From the NCBI RefSeq assembly GCF_036321535.1, contig NC_087436.1, positions 92,382,001 through 92,446,000 of the forward strand: a stretch of DNA of 64,000 nt, in the 5' to 3' direction. The notes under the pieces are model-generated. The model was not told where the DNA came from. It saw nothing but the letters and a program-made list of their open reading frames with translations, and did no database searches. The position numbers and the translations under genes were made by a program. How positions within the stretch are numbered: position 1 is the first letter of the stretch; each line of letters opens with the position of its first letter. This DNA comes from Camelus dromedarius (taxonomy: Eukaryota). Below are positions 25,918-38,534 of the stretch, one piece after another.

Positions 25918-27255
25918 GTGGGATTTTTTTTACCTATAAACACCTTTTGGACCTAAGTCTTTTGAAAATGTGCTATTTGTAGCTGTCAGCGCTGTAGTCC
26001 CAAACATAGCAGACCATCTGTCACAGATTCTTGAGCCCACACTCTACATCCAGAATCTCATTCTTTGGTGAGTGGGGCTGTGAAATGGCTCACTTCATGC
26101 AAAAACTCTAGAAAGTTCCACCAGAGATCACCAATGCATGAGTGACCCAATCATTTTATGTACCAGGCAGCATTCACTGACTATTGCAGTAATTCATACA
26201 AGTTGTGTAACGATGAATGCTCTGCATTAAAGTATTTGTCCCATAATTTTATTTTAATACAATGATCAAATTTTAGACCTTATCTTTTTTTCATAAAAAT
26301 GAAAGAAAACCTTGTGAGTCGAATGTTGACTATTTTTTCGCAGTATTTTTATGTTAAGCCATTTTTAATCACCTTTAATCCTAGCACTTGTAATGTTAAC
26401 ACAAGTTTATGGATTTTCCTTCTCTACATTATAATATTAGTATTCAGGGGACTAGATGGATATGGGAAACTCAGTTTTGAAATACTAAATGAAAATCTCC
26501 TTTAAGGGCTGATAACTTTGTACCTTGTAAGGGCACAGAGATGTTTTCAACAGGCAAGAGGGAATGCTGTTAATGATGCCATCCCTAACTGTTCTATGAA
26601 TTCTCTGAATTATCATTTTATATTAATTTTGACAATGAATTTCCTGTCCTGTGGATGCCTTGGTTAGCACAGATCTGGCATGGTCATTTTTATCATTAAA
26701 TACAGGTGAGGAGACTCCTATTCTTTATAGCCAGCACTACTTATACTGCTGCTGTGTTTAGTAAAACAAATACAAAATGTCACCAGAAATCTGGAAACAA
26801 GAGATCCCGGAAAGGTTGCCTTCATAGTTTGGAATTTCCAGGTCTCTGGCTGTGGGTGCCCAGGCCACCTTCTCTGCCTCTCTTCTGGAGCTGAGATACT
26901 GGATGCTTTCTTTAATCTACCCTGTTTGCTTACGTAGTCAAGTAATGAATGCATTGTTCATCTTACCTGCCACAACACAAAAGCTATGTCTATAAAAGGA
27001 ATAGTATTTCCTTCTTTCTTATTGTTTTACATCCTAGAAAAAGGATTGGGTGGTATAGTGGCCTTTAGAAAAAGAAGTGGTTAACCTTTGACAGCTTTTA
27101 CGTCTGTGATTGTTTTCCATATAATTTTCGTGTGTTGACTCATGTCTAGATTTTGAGTTGTGACTTACTTTGTCATCATCACCAAAATACTGGATATACA
27201 TTACTTAATCATTTGAACACTCTTCTTATCACTCATCTTTTGTTTCCTTTTACAG

Positions 27256-27421
27256 AACTCAACAAGTCCACCACTTAAACTCTCAAATGTAGAACGGATT
27301 ACAAATGTACAAATTTTGATTTTATTTTGTATCTTGATTGCCATGTCTCTTGTCTGTTCTGTGGGTTCAGCCATTTGGAATCGAAGGCATTCTGGAAAGG
27401 ACTGGTATCTCAATCTAAACT
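27256..27421 (+). CDS. ATP8A1: ATP8A1 exon ~11 (166 nt), [55 protein letters not shown] (TM3)
   Basis: ttttacag acceptor, ACT|gtgagc donor; hydrophobic transmembrane segment. Confidence 0.96.
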
Positions 27422-28679
27422 GTGAGCATTAAAGTGCTTATTATACTTATTTCTTCTTCCATTAAAACACGTGTTTGTTTCACAACTGATCTTGGAATTT
27501 CCTGTTTCTGAAAAGAAAACCTTGTTGCCAAGATAACTGGGCATTTAAACTTTATTTTTTGATGTAATTTCCTGTAAAAGAAAGTAAAATGTTAGAATCC
27601 CTAAAAATATAATGAGCGCTCCAAAGTAGTATAAAATGTTATTAATGTCATTTTAATTTCGTTAATTTATTCTTTTAAAATATTTTAACACAGTTGTATA
27701 GCTATCTGGTAAATAAAGCAGGTTGAATACTTATATTTGAAGCACCTAAAACTATTTTACATGTTTCTAAAATGTTTAAATTGGATGTACTTTCATTTGA
27801 ACTCATGAATGCTGTGTATTCTGTTAACAGTCTTGTCTTAGGGAAAGTGCTAGTAAATAATTTCCTTTTGGAGCGTTTATCTTATTACTGAGTATTTCTG
27901 GGAAATAAGTTTATACTTCCTTTTGATGAACACTAAACCAATAAATACTTAATTTCCAAGAGTGCAGAAGCAAATTCTAGTAAGGTTTTATAGCAAAATT
28001 GATTTTTTCAGTTGTATTTTAATTTTACTGCTTTAGCTTTGCAGTTATTCCAGGTTGTTTTTTTTTAACAGTCATTGTTTTGCTGTTCAACATTCAGCAT
28101 TTCAATTCAGCATTGTTAAGACTGCCATCCTTTTGTTTCTTCATATGCTTTACAGTTTATCTGGGAGAGCGGTTTTAGTTACATTATTGAAGAGGAAGAA
28201 TATAATTTACCTCGGGCTAAATTTACCTAGGGTTCAGCCCTGTTGTTGTTTTTGCTATTTGTGTTGGTTTTGCTGCCATTGTTTTGTTTGCTTTCAAGAC
28301 ATAGTTTAAATTGGAAATGTTTTTCAAAAATTTATATAAAAGTGATTCTACCCAGTTGAGATTTTACATCTGTAGACCATCAGTCCTATCTCTAAAATCT
28401 CTAAACTTCATGTTTGGAACAGGTTTGAAATATTTGTTAGTACTTTCACTTTTTAGTACCATTATGCAGTTAATAGAATTAACAACATGTGTAACACAAA
28501 TAATGCTATTCCATCTTGGAGAATGTACTTGAAAATAGGAATATGTTATCAGCACAGTGTTCCTCCCAAACTTTCTAAACATACTATGTAGTATGGAAAA
28601 TTCTTGTTATACTAAAGTTCTGGCCAATGCAAATAAAATATGAAACTGTAAACGATTTTATTCCTACCTCCCCCAACAG

Positions 28680-28807
28680 ATGGTGGTGCTAATAATTTTG
28701 GACTGAATTTCTTGACCTTCATCATCCTGTTCAACAATCTCATTCCTATCAGTTTGTTGGTTACATTAGAAGTGGTGAAATTTACTCAAGCCTACTTCAT
28801 AAATTGG
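28680..28807 (+). CDS. ATP8A1: ATP8A1 exon ~12 (128 nt), [42 protein letters not shown] (TM4)
   Basis: ccaacag acceptor, TGG|gtaaat donor; PISL motif. Confidence 0.97.
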
Positions 28808-29124
28808 GTAAATATGAATTACTATTGTTTTTCATTACATTAAACATACGTTTTTGTCTTTTTTCCTGAAAGAGTCTTTTGATCTTTCAGGAAAAAAAAA
28901 AAAAATCTTAATTATATCTTACCTTTTATTGACTCCAAGACAGTATTTCAAAATATTTTTGAGCCTAATATAATAATAGCAAATTTATTTGACGTGTGAA
29001 AATCATAACAAAGTCTCTCATCTCAGACTCACACAGATTTACAGACCAGACATGCTGGGGAAAAGAGGTCTGGAGTTGAGGAAACCTATTTTTAGTTACA
29101 TACTGGTCTTGGGGAAAAGAAGAG

Positions 29125-29345
29125 CCATGGAGTTAGGAGTTAAAATACCTGGATTTTAGTCCTCATTTTATAATTTACTAGTTGTGTGAACTTTGCCAAG
29201 CCACTTGACTTCTTTTAGGCTTATTTTTGTGGATAATCACAAGGGAATAATAAAACATGCTTTACCTGTATCTCACTGTTGTTACATAGATCAAAGGACT
29301 CTCACTGCATAGCAGACAGCTTCATAAACAATTGAGCACTATGGA
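29125..29345 (+). mobile_element. MIR SINE
   Basis: ggagttaggagt...cctggattttagtcct...ttactagttgtgtgaactttgccaagccacttga. Confidence 0.65.
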
Positions 29346-30610
29346 AATAACACTGTACTTGATATTTGTAACAACCAGGCTGTCTGTCATGTTTTATACA
29401 TCTGTGTAGCTTGCTTTTCCACACTGGAAACAATTTCAGCTGTGCTTGAATTTTTCTTCTTAATTTTTTTCTTAAAATTTTTTTAATCCTGTGAGAGTGT
29501 GCTAGACATCTGTTTCCTGAATGTTTTATTTATAGAATGTTACTCTTCTTCATTTAAATGCCAGTTATTTTTACCAAAGTTAAAATTAATGAATTTATGT
29601 AAACGAATCTTTAGACCTAATCTGCCAGAAACTTTAATTTTGCCTTGTATTTTGAGGCATTTTTGGCATTACCTTTTGATTTTTTAATTATTTAAAAGTC
29701 TTTCAATATGAACAATGTTAGGATTTTTTAAAATAAGCTACTTTCACAACCACTCATTGTCTTCCCATGGTAAATGGTCCACCGCAACCATCAATCTCTT
29801 AATTCATTGGTAAAAGATCAGTATAACTTGGAAATCCGAAATGAGCTGCAGGCATAGCTCATTTCATGCAGGAGATTTGTTGCTGAAAAAAAATGTGTAA
29901 CAAAGTTTGTTTGTTATAAGTACAATTAAAACTCATTGAAGGTTTTCAACTCGCAGAGATAATAAGGCAACTCATTAGGAAAATCGAATAACTAGTCTGT
30001 CACTTAATTTTTTTATTTGGATTTTCAAAAGTAATATTTGCTTAAAATAATTATATAATTTTAGTGTTGGATGAACCCAGTAGGCTTATGCTTTTCAATT
30101 GTCTTTCTAACGTACAAAGATTTTTCTAACATTCCTGACAGAGCATCCCTTACGAGGTAGCTTCTTCCTTGTGTGGGAATGAGATTAGTAACTGCCTCCC
30201 TTTGATTCTGGTTCTTCCCAAATAGATCTTTTATGAACATGTCTAATCTTGTTTCCAAATGACAGCCCTGCAAAGCATTTGCACTTGGCTCTCATGCCTA
30301 TTCTGTCATATCCCCACCCCCCAACTGAAGTCCCTCATCTCATTTCATTCTTTATGTGACATGATTCCAACTTAGTCCCCTGTCCCATCGCTACTCCCTA
30401 AATATTGCCCACTTGTTTACTGTCCCTCTTTAATACATGGCGCTTACAACTCAAAAGCCTTTTCCAGAACTGATGTTGCTCCATCTGAAATACAGATGTA
30501 GGAGAGATCAGATTTGGGCTTTTCATTTGACATGTGAAAATCAGTAAACCCTGGCTTGTCAGTAAAATGTTCTTTGCTTTCATGTATATACAATGTAAGA
30601 AACTTGGCCA

Positions 30611-30887
30611 GTGGTTACTGGGGAATATGGGGTGGGAAGGGATAAATTTGGGAGTTGCAGATTTGCAAATATTAACTACTATATATAAAAACAGATTTAA
30701 AAAACAAATTTCATCTATATAGCACAGGGAACTGTATCCAATATCTTGTAATAACCTTTAATGGAAAAGAATATGAAAATGAATGTATGTATGTATATGT
30801 ATGACTGGGACATTATGCTGTACACCAGAGACTGACACATTGTCACTGACTGTACTTCAATTTAAAGAAAAAAATAAAAAAGAAAGA
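30611..30887 (+). mobile_element. 5'-truncated L1 3'UTR with A-rich tail and TSD
   Basis: Perfect 14-bp TSD aagaaacttggcca at 30597-30610 and 30888-30901. Confidence 0.9.
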
Positions 30888-31331
30888 AAGAAACTTGGCC
30901 AAGAAAGTATAACAAGATGGAATCACTTAGGTAATTTTTCAAGGGACTTAAAGTCTTAATTATTTGAGCAATGTCTTGTTGCTATTATTTTAGCTCACAT
31001 TAAGCCTTGTGTCAGACACTGTAGGAAGCACTGCACATACATTATCTTATTTAATCCTTATAATAGGTCACATATTTAGGAAATGGTGGAATGATAGTAA
31101 ACCAGGATTGCCTGATTCCAGACACATGCTCTAACTACCATATAGTTCTCCCCTTATTGTGAAATATGATATTCTGTATTGAGTACTTTTTTAGGAAATC
31201 AGCTGACATAGTGTGGGGACGGCAAGAGATGAGAGTGTTACATAGCTCACCAGTTAAATAAAATTGTACTCAGTCTCTTACTATCAATTGTATTCAATGA
31301 TTTCTTGTCTTTTTTTTTTTTTTTTTTTAAG

Positions 31332-31409
31332 GATCTTGACATGCACTATGAACCTACAGACACTGCTGCTATGGCTCGAACATCTAATCTAAACGAGGAA
31401 CTTGGCCAG
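31332..31409 (+). CDS. ATP8A1: ATP8A1 exon ~13 (78 nt), DLDMHYEPTDTAAMARTSNLNEELGQ
   Basis: poly-T then aag acceptor, CAG|gtaaac donor; NEELGQ motif. Confidence 0.97.
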
Positions 31410-32353
31410 GTAAACTAAATTTCTTATTGATATGCTGAATTGGCAGTCCTATTTGGTGTGATTTCTGCTGTATGTGGCAACTTCAGATGAATTGACAGCT
31501 CCTAATTTTCCATTTTTTAAATGATTGATATAAATACATGTTAGGACCTAACTATCAACTTTCATTTTTAGTAAATGAACATTATTTAATGCATATTTTG
31601 CTCTCAGAATAAGGATGTCCTTTGGTATATAATCTGATTGGTATGTTAAGTATTGGCTGTTTTGGAGTTATAAACTCGCAGTATTAAAATTGTTTATAGC
31701 TTTTGACTAAGAAGGAAGTAAAAGTTAAAAGCTGATCAATGAAGTTGTGTAAATCAAACAGGAATTTCAGATTTATAATTTATACTCTATTCACACATAG
31801 ATGTATATTTATAATTCATTTATACAGACTAGCTGAGAAAAGATCCTTCTTTTTTTGTACCGTTGCCATTTGCTAATAACTCTTACTCTTCGAATAGCAT
31901 TTAAGCCAGCATTATCCTTTTTCTTACCAATTCAGATGTTGTGTGAAGTTAATTTTAATCACAAGCTATCGCCAGTCTTGTAATTGTTAGTAATGCTGAG
32001 GGTGCTTATAGACATTGTAGTGCCCTACATGTGTTAGGTAGCTGCAGTGGCACTCTCTAGTGGATATCCACACCATGTTACAGCAGATTTCTACCTATGA
32101 CTGATAGCTTTTCTATTATCTTGATAGCCTTTAATGTTAGTATATAATTCATTGCTGAAATACTGAGAGAAATAGTTGAAAATATTTCTTAATGATGTGC
32201 AGAAAGTAGTCAGTTAATAGCATTCATTGTGCCCCTACAATGTAACGAAATTGCTAAAGCAAATAATGTAAGGGTTTTTTCCCCCCTTCTATAAAAGACT
32301 GGCTTTAAAAGACCTCTGTAATTTTAATGAGAAATTTTAAACCTTTTTTTTAG

Positions 32354-32442
32354 GTAAAATACATATTTTCTGACAAAACTGGGACTTTGACGTGCAATGT
32401 AATGCAGTTTAAGAAGTGCACCATCGCTGGAGTTGCTTATGG
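32354..32442 (+). CDS. ATP8A1: ATP8A1 exon ~14 (89 nt), [29 protein letters not shown]; catalytic phosphorylated Asp
   Basis: tttttag acceptor, TGG|gtgagt donor; DKTGTLT signature. Confidence 0.98.
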
Positions 32443-35400
32443 GTGAGTGTTCTCCCCTGAATCAGAGTATGATACACACATTTAACTCTTGCTAACAGTT
32501 TGAAACAATTTTGGGAGTTCTGATTATCAGAGGTTTTTTTTTCAATCTAAAAGGCAGTTATTATAATTTTAGCATACTTACATATTTTGTGTTTTATAGT
32601 TTGGTATTGTTTTTCATTTGGAATTTACAATAAGATAGGGGCCCTGCCCCATAATTTTTAGGTGTTTAGAGTTGCTGAAGGACTCCATCTGGCTCTGGTA
32701 ATAAAGTACAAATACTCTCCCCTCTCCATTGCCATAAAGTTAGGGTACAGTCCTGTCTGAGGGAGGAACATGCAGTGCGTCCCTGGGCAGTTTTCAGGTT
32801 AAAATATGGTTGTTTCTCTGACAGTTATTCCTTGGGTTTGCTTTTTCTTTTTATCATCTCTCCTTTTTGCAGTCACAGGGCAAGCTAGATTTCTGATGAC
32901 GGGAAGAAGGGAGGGACACAAAACTCTTAAATCTGGGGGATAATGAATATCACCAAATAAGTTTATTAGTCTCTTAATCTCCTTTAGAAGGTGCTTGCTG
33001 AGCACCCATTTTTTCTTACTTCCAGGTATGCTTGCCTAACCTGTTCAGAAACCTTCTTTCTGAAATACTTTATTAGGGTAACTTGAGAAAATGAATTTCT
33101 ACGTTTCCTAAAAAGGCACGATCAAAAGAGGAAACATCCTCCTGGTTGCTTGACCTTGGCCTATTATCACAGTTTCCAACTGTCTTGATGTACGAGTGGT
33201 AAATACTGACATCTTAGCCATGTAAGCAAGGGCACTTGCTTTTGGTTTTTCTGGCTTGCACCCACCCCTTCCACACTCATACTCTGTCTCTAAGCAGTAA
33301 GCCAGTATAAAAATGGGGTATTGAATTGTTATGAAAATGCCTATAGTTAAAATTATAAATAAATAACCAGTTGGTTAAAAAAATTCTCGAAGCATGTGGT
33401 TTTACCCCTGTACACGGGGTCTACAAAGAGAAATAGATGGAGGCTGACACCCCTTTCTTTGGGTTAGCAGAGAGTGTGACTAAAAATGACTTCAAGCTAT
33501 GTGTGTAAATGAAGCTAGAAAGACAGTTGATGTAATGGCTTTTTGACACTGTAAGGGCAGGCTGTGAATTTAAGAAGCATGCCTACTGTGTCCAGGGCTG
33601 CATGCCATTTTGCATCTTCCCTCTTTTATCTGAAGATCTCCTGATTCCCTTAGATGAAAGAGGCCTCCCTCTCTTCTTACCCCCACCCCCCAGCTGCTGC
33701 AGGCCTCTTTGTTTTGTCGGTTGCTGGGGTAGGAGGGGTACGGCCACACTCTTTGACACTTTGCGCTTATATATTCAATCCACAGTTATCCCAGATGAGA
33801 GACAGAAAGGTCTGTTGTGATTCTAGATTTCGTTATATTATACTTGCTGACAGATTCATGGTGATGTCTGTTTTTACACAAAATCTGCATTCATTCATAA
33901 GTGTTATTTTTGGAGGGATCTGTTTGGTAATTGACATCCTTTTTTTACTTTGTCCAATTTCCAGTTGAATAAGCAAGCTCTTCAAATTAGCAATTATTGA
34001 CTGTGAACTTGCCAGAACAGAAAGCTAGAATGATATCTAGGTACTCTTTTCTTTTACATTTTGTAAGGTTTTTTCTTCTTGAAATAAGTCCTTAAACACA
34101 GGCAATAGTTCTAAAACGCAGTGTTCTTCCTGTGTCTTTTGGTGATATTGTCATTAACAATTATGTATTATATATTATGATAGAGTAGGTTTAAGATTGG
34201 TAAATATTAAAGTAATTTTAGGAGTTAAGTATTGTCATCATTTAGATTAAGTTTCCAGTGAAACAAATTTCCTCTTGAGAAAAATGATATCTCTTTAAAA
34301 CATGAGTTCTAGTCCTGGCTTTGTCATTAATTCACCATATGACCTTAGAAAATTCCCTTTGCGATATTCCAAGCTCTTTAAAATGAGGCTGATGAGACCA
34401 GACAATCTCCGAGATTCTTTTCCATATATAAACTTCTAACATGTTTAGAAATTTATTTTTTTATTTGCAATTTTTAACTGAAATGGAAATTCCTCTTTGG
34501 ATAATGTGTCATGTTTTCAAGAATACCAAGAACCTTGTTGAGTGAAGCTAGTTGTTGAACCACTTCCAGTAAGTTGTGTATGTGTGTTTAGGATCCTTAA
34601 TCCTGATAGAGTTTCTATCAGTTTTTATTCCTGATGGGCAGTTCGAATGCCAGCATTGTAGAGAGCGGTTGCTATACGAAGGCTCTGGACAAACTATGAA
34701 ACTTCAGACTACTCAGGTGTTTACAATAGGAGAGACTCATGGCTGTTACTTTTACCTGCAGAGTTTGGTGGAATTAAGTAATTCCTGAAAACCACCTTTC
34801 TGAGGGAATTTCCTCTGGACACTCCTGAGCTTTAGGAACCCAGAGAGTGGGACATAGCGTGTTTTCCTGTCTCATTCGCCCAGGAGCAGTGTTTAGCACT
34901 TGTTTAATGTGGGGAACTATTACATACGTTTACTTCCCCCTCCAGCAGAAGAAAGGACGGTGGTTACCTCCTCAGAATATGACAAAACAACGGGAATAAC
35001 ACAAACTTTCACATACTAACAAATGCCTTTGGAGTTATGGTTTCAGAGCTGATGCTTCTTAAACATTTTTAACAAAATAAAGCCTCCTTTTAACCTAGAT
35101 AGAGTCAAAGATAGAGTCAAAGACAAAGATTAATCTGTTGTCTTTTTCAGTTCCAAGGACAAGACTTCAAGTCTCTTGGTAGTACAGTCTGCCTAGTTCT
35201 GTGTATTACACAGGTTTGTAGGAAGAAAATAGTTAACACTTAAAACAATGCTCCAGAATTTAGTCTTAGTGAGTTATCTCTCATTTCATATAACATTGGC
35301 CCCAAATTAGATTCATGATGGGCAATGAAATAAAAAGATTTGCACATACTTAGCAGTGATGATTATTTTGTAGAGATCAACTTTGTCAAAAATGCCACCA

Positions 35401-35507
35401 TGCTTAAACTGATTAGGTTGTTTCATTAGATCTTTTTTTTCAGTCACATGTAAATAAATTATGATGTCACATCTGTAAATTTAACTTACTGCAAACTAGA
35501 AATTCTA

Positions 35508-35613
35508 AAGAATATGAAAATGAATATATGTATGTGTATGCATGACTGGGACATTGTGCTGTACACCAGAAATTGACACGTTGTAACTGACTGTATTTCA
35601 ATTTAAAAAAAAA
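35508..35613 (+). mobile_element. Very short (~106 bp) L1 3' end with poly(A) and TSD
   Basis: 11-bp TSD tagaaattcta at 35497-35507 and 35614-35624; closely similar to 30766-30870. Confidence 0.88.
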
Positions 35614-36199
35614 TAGAAATTCTACTGTTAAACATTTACTAAAGTATCATTTCAGCAAATTTCTTCCTGTGGGGAATAATTCAGTTTTCTCACAGGCTGC
35701 TTGAATACCAGGAATAGGTAAGGAGGCCTTTATGTTCAGTGGCCAGAATTCTCAATACAGTGAATATTCTGGGCTATAATCTAAGTACTGTCTTTGTTGA
35801 TAATTTAGATCTTAGTATTAAAATCAGCTGATTACCTGGGTACAGTCTCTAAAGTTAAAAAAAATTCTGTTAAGCAAATTAAAAAATACTTTTTATATGG
35901 AGAAGTGATTTAATCAGTATTTAAAACATTTCCTTGACATTTTCCTTTTAAGTAAAAACTGAATGCTCTTAAAACCAATTTTTATTTATACATGAAAACA
36001 GTATATGGGTAGTTTCACTTGACAATATTTTGTTTAGCAATATGTTTGCTGAAAGGATCAGTAACTTCTTTAACCTTAAGAAGAGATTAACCATGAGAAA
36101 ACTGACAATTATCTAAATACTTTGCCCCAAGGTCTGTATTGTAACCAACAAGCACATCTTACTGCTCGCCATGCCTGCTGGGTAAAGCTGCGTAAACGC

Positions 36200-36520
36200 C
36201 ATTCATTTTTTATTCATGTGCCTCAACAAATGTTCATCTCTTTCTATGTATGTAGCGCTTTGTTAGATGGTTAGGATTTAATGACCAGCAAAAGTTCACA
36301 TGGCTTCCACCCTCTTACAGTTTATAGTCTAATTGGGGGTTAATAGATGTAATTAAATAATCACACAGACAAAAAAATCATAACGTAGTACAAAGGTCTA
36401 TGGGAGTCTGTGACTGATGGCCAGCTTGGGTTGATCTAATCAGGGAGATCAGGGACTGCTCCCTGAGAAAGTGATGCTGAAGACTGAGATCCAAGCATGA
36501 GTTTGATTAAATAAAGAACT
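36200..36520 (-). mobile_element. LINE-2 3' fragment
   Basis: attcat...tcaacaaatgtt start; cagggactgctccctgagaaagtgatgctgaagactgagatc. Confidence 0.65.
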
Positions 36521-37379
36521 TACCAAGCATGTATAACAGCACTGACATATAAAGGCAAATAACCAGACAGAGCATCCACACCAGAGCTGCTGGAGCAGTG
36601 ATCTTGGGGAAACTCATGCAGTCAAGATAAGTAGCAGGTGTGTGGGTCACCTGCCACTCATCACCCAGCATCTGCCAGGGCTGGACCACCGCTGGGAAGA
36701 GGGACCCTGGGCCTTGAGTTCCGAGGCTTTTGTACTGCATGATTTGAGAAACACCAGTCGCTCTTCCAGTGTGAGATCCAGGGCTGCTGTACAACAGTAG
36801 TGCAGCTTGGCAGAACCTTGGCACAGTGCTTTTGCTTGGGTAGCACCAGACCCTCTCCGGGTCTAGTTCAGGGGCCACTCTAAGCCTTGAAGTTGCTGAG
36901 GAGTGATTGCCTAGAATGCTGGGCTGCAGCCAGTTTCCGACAGAGCTTGGCAAGAGGCTGTTGCCTTTTCTAGGAGTCCAGCCCACCAAGACTTGCTTAG
37001 CCCTTCCTCTCAAGCATCCAAAAAAGTCCTTTGGTAGAAGAGAGAATAGTGGGTAAGGGGACTGCCTCCACTGTGATGGGAGTGAAGGTAGTGGATACTG
37101 CACCAGAGACACATTGATTCTCTGGAGGTGCCTTGGGATGATGAGGCTCATGTCGTGGCCAGTTTGGTGAAAGGATAAAGAGAGTAGAGGACACTGAGGA
37201 AGTGAAAGGGTCCCACCAGTTTTCAGTGAAGATTATTGTATATCTGCCAAAGACAATGACTTCACATTTGTACTGAACTCCGCATTTTTTAAACTCTACC
37301 TATATCTAATTAATTTAAAGGAGAACTATTGCATGGTCGTATATGATGAAAGAAATGGGAGATTAGAGAATCTGTTCTA

Positions 37380-37622
37380 GCTGCTGAGAGAGCAGATCTT
37401 AAATGTTCTCACCACAAGAGAGAAATGATAGTTAGGTGACAGATGGGGTGTTAGCTAAAGCTGTGACGGAAATCACTTTGCAGTATATACAGGTATATAT
37501 CAAATTATCATGTTGTACACCTTAAACTTGCACTTGTTGTATGTCAATGATATCTCAGTAAACCTGGAAAATTTTTGAACAATAATAAGAAAAATTTAAC
37601 AAATAAATATATAAATGAAAGA
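37380..37622 (+). mobile_element. L1MA-type 3' end
   Basis: gctgagagagcagatcttaaatgttctcaccac...catgttgtacaccttaaactt...atctcagtaaacctggaaaa. Confidence 0.8.
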
Positions 37623-37775
37623 AAATCTGCTCTGTCAAATACTACTGGCCATTTCTGGCTAGAATACAAGACTGGCTAGCTTTGAAATGGAAGCTATAAA
37701 TGGATCAAACTTTCCTAATGCTCAGATGAGCTAATGGATGAAATTAAAGTATTGATGAATGTGTTTTCTTTTTGA

Positions 37776-37898
37776 CATTTGAGGGGGGGCAGTAATTAGG
37801 TTTTTTTTTTTTATTTTAATGGAGTTCCTGGGAACTGAACCCAGGATCTCATGCATTCTAAGCACACACTCTTACCACTGAGCTATACCCTCCCCCCC
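37776..37898 (-). mobile_element. tRNA-derived SINE, vic-1-like, second copy
   Basis: Same family as 12898-13013; TSD-like ttttctttttga at 37764-37775 and 37902-37913. Confidence 0.85.
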
Positions 37899-38489
37899 AT
37901 ATTTTCTTTTTGAGATAACAGATTGTTTTATGAATGTATTATGGTTTAAGTGAAAAGCTTTTAATATCTTTTAAAGTGTTAATCTTTTAAAATGTAGTTC
38001 TTTTAATCATAGTCCTTTAAAAACCTGTTTAGGGGACTTTCACATAATAGTAATCAAATTTACTTCTAAAATATGCTTGGCAAATTTTTTCAGTGTGATA
38101 GTTTGTTCTTAGGTGTGAGCATGTCTGTTTGCTTAAAACACTTTATTCTGCTTATACAGTATGTGATTAATTTTCCATCGGCTTTAACATATATTTAAAC
38201 CACTAAGTTCAGGTTTTCCTACTGAATACTGAACTATCTGCATAAAAGTAGGAAATTTCATGGTGAAGAGGCAAGTTGGCTCTCCAATTAAAGAATAATT
38301 TTGTAAACCTGCTTAGTAACCATAAATCATACTTTTGTACTAACTGCCATTCTTTGAAAACCAACTAAAAATTCATTTTCTTAACTTTTTCAAGACCTTT
38401 CAGTACTTCTCTTATTCATGCTTTTATGTTTCCAGCCTTTCTGTGATTATCTTTTCCTCTCTTTCTGTCCCTCCTCTTGCTTTCTGAAG

Positions 38490-38534
38490 CCATATCCCTG
38501 ACCCTGAGGATTATGGTGGCTCTCCTGATGAATG
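38490..38534 (+). CDS. ATP8A1: ATP8A1 alternative cassette exon ~15 (45 nt), HIPDPEDYGGSPDE(W)
   Basis: CT-rich tract, tgaag acceptor, ATG|gtaagc donor; phase 2 to 2, so skippable in frame; resembles human HVPEPEDYGCSPDEW as recalled; absent from the ORF track. Confidence 0.9.

Noticed and set aside
29838..29865. 10-bp hairpin gaaatgagct/agctcatttc (similar ones at 40817-40843 and 490-508)
   Set aside because: Isolated short stems of this size are expected by chance in 64 kb and are far from splice sites
35098..35125. Short tandem duplication gatagagtcaaa x2 (also a ~19-nt direct repeat at ~58105-58160)
   Set aside because: Ordinary slippage-type duplications; no array or spacer structure
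36507..37151. 214-aa minus-strand ORF, the longest in the track
   Set aside because: No recognisable domain; lies antisense in an intron beside L2 debris; probably a chance ORF in locally GC-richer sequence
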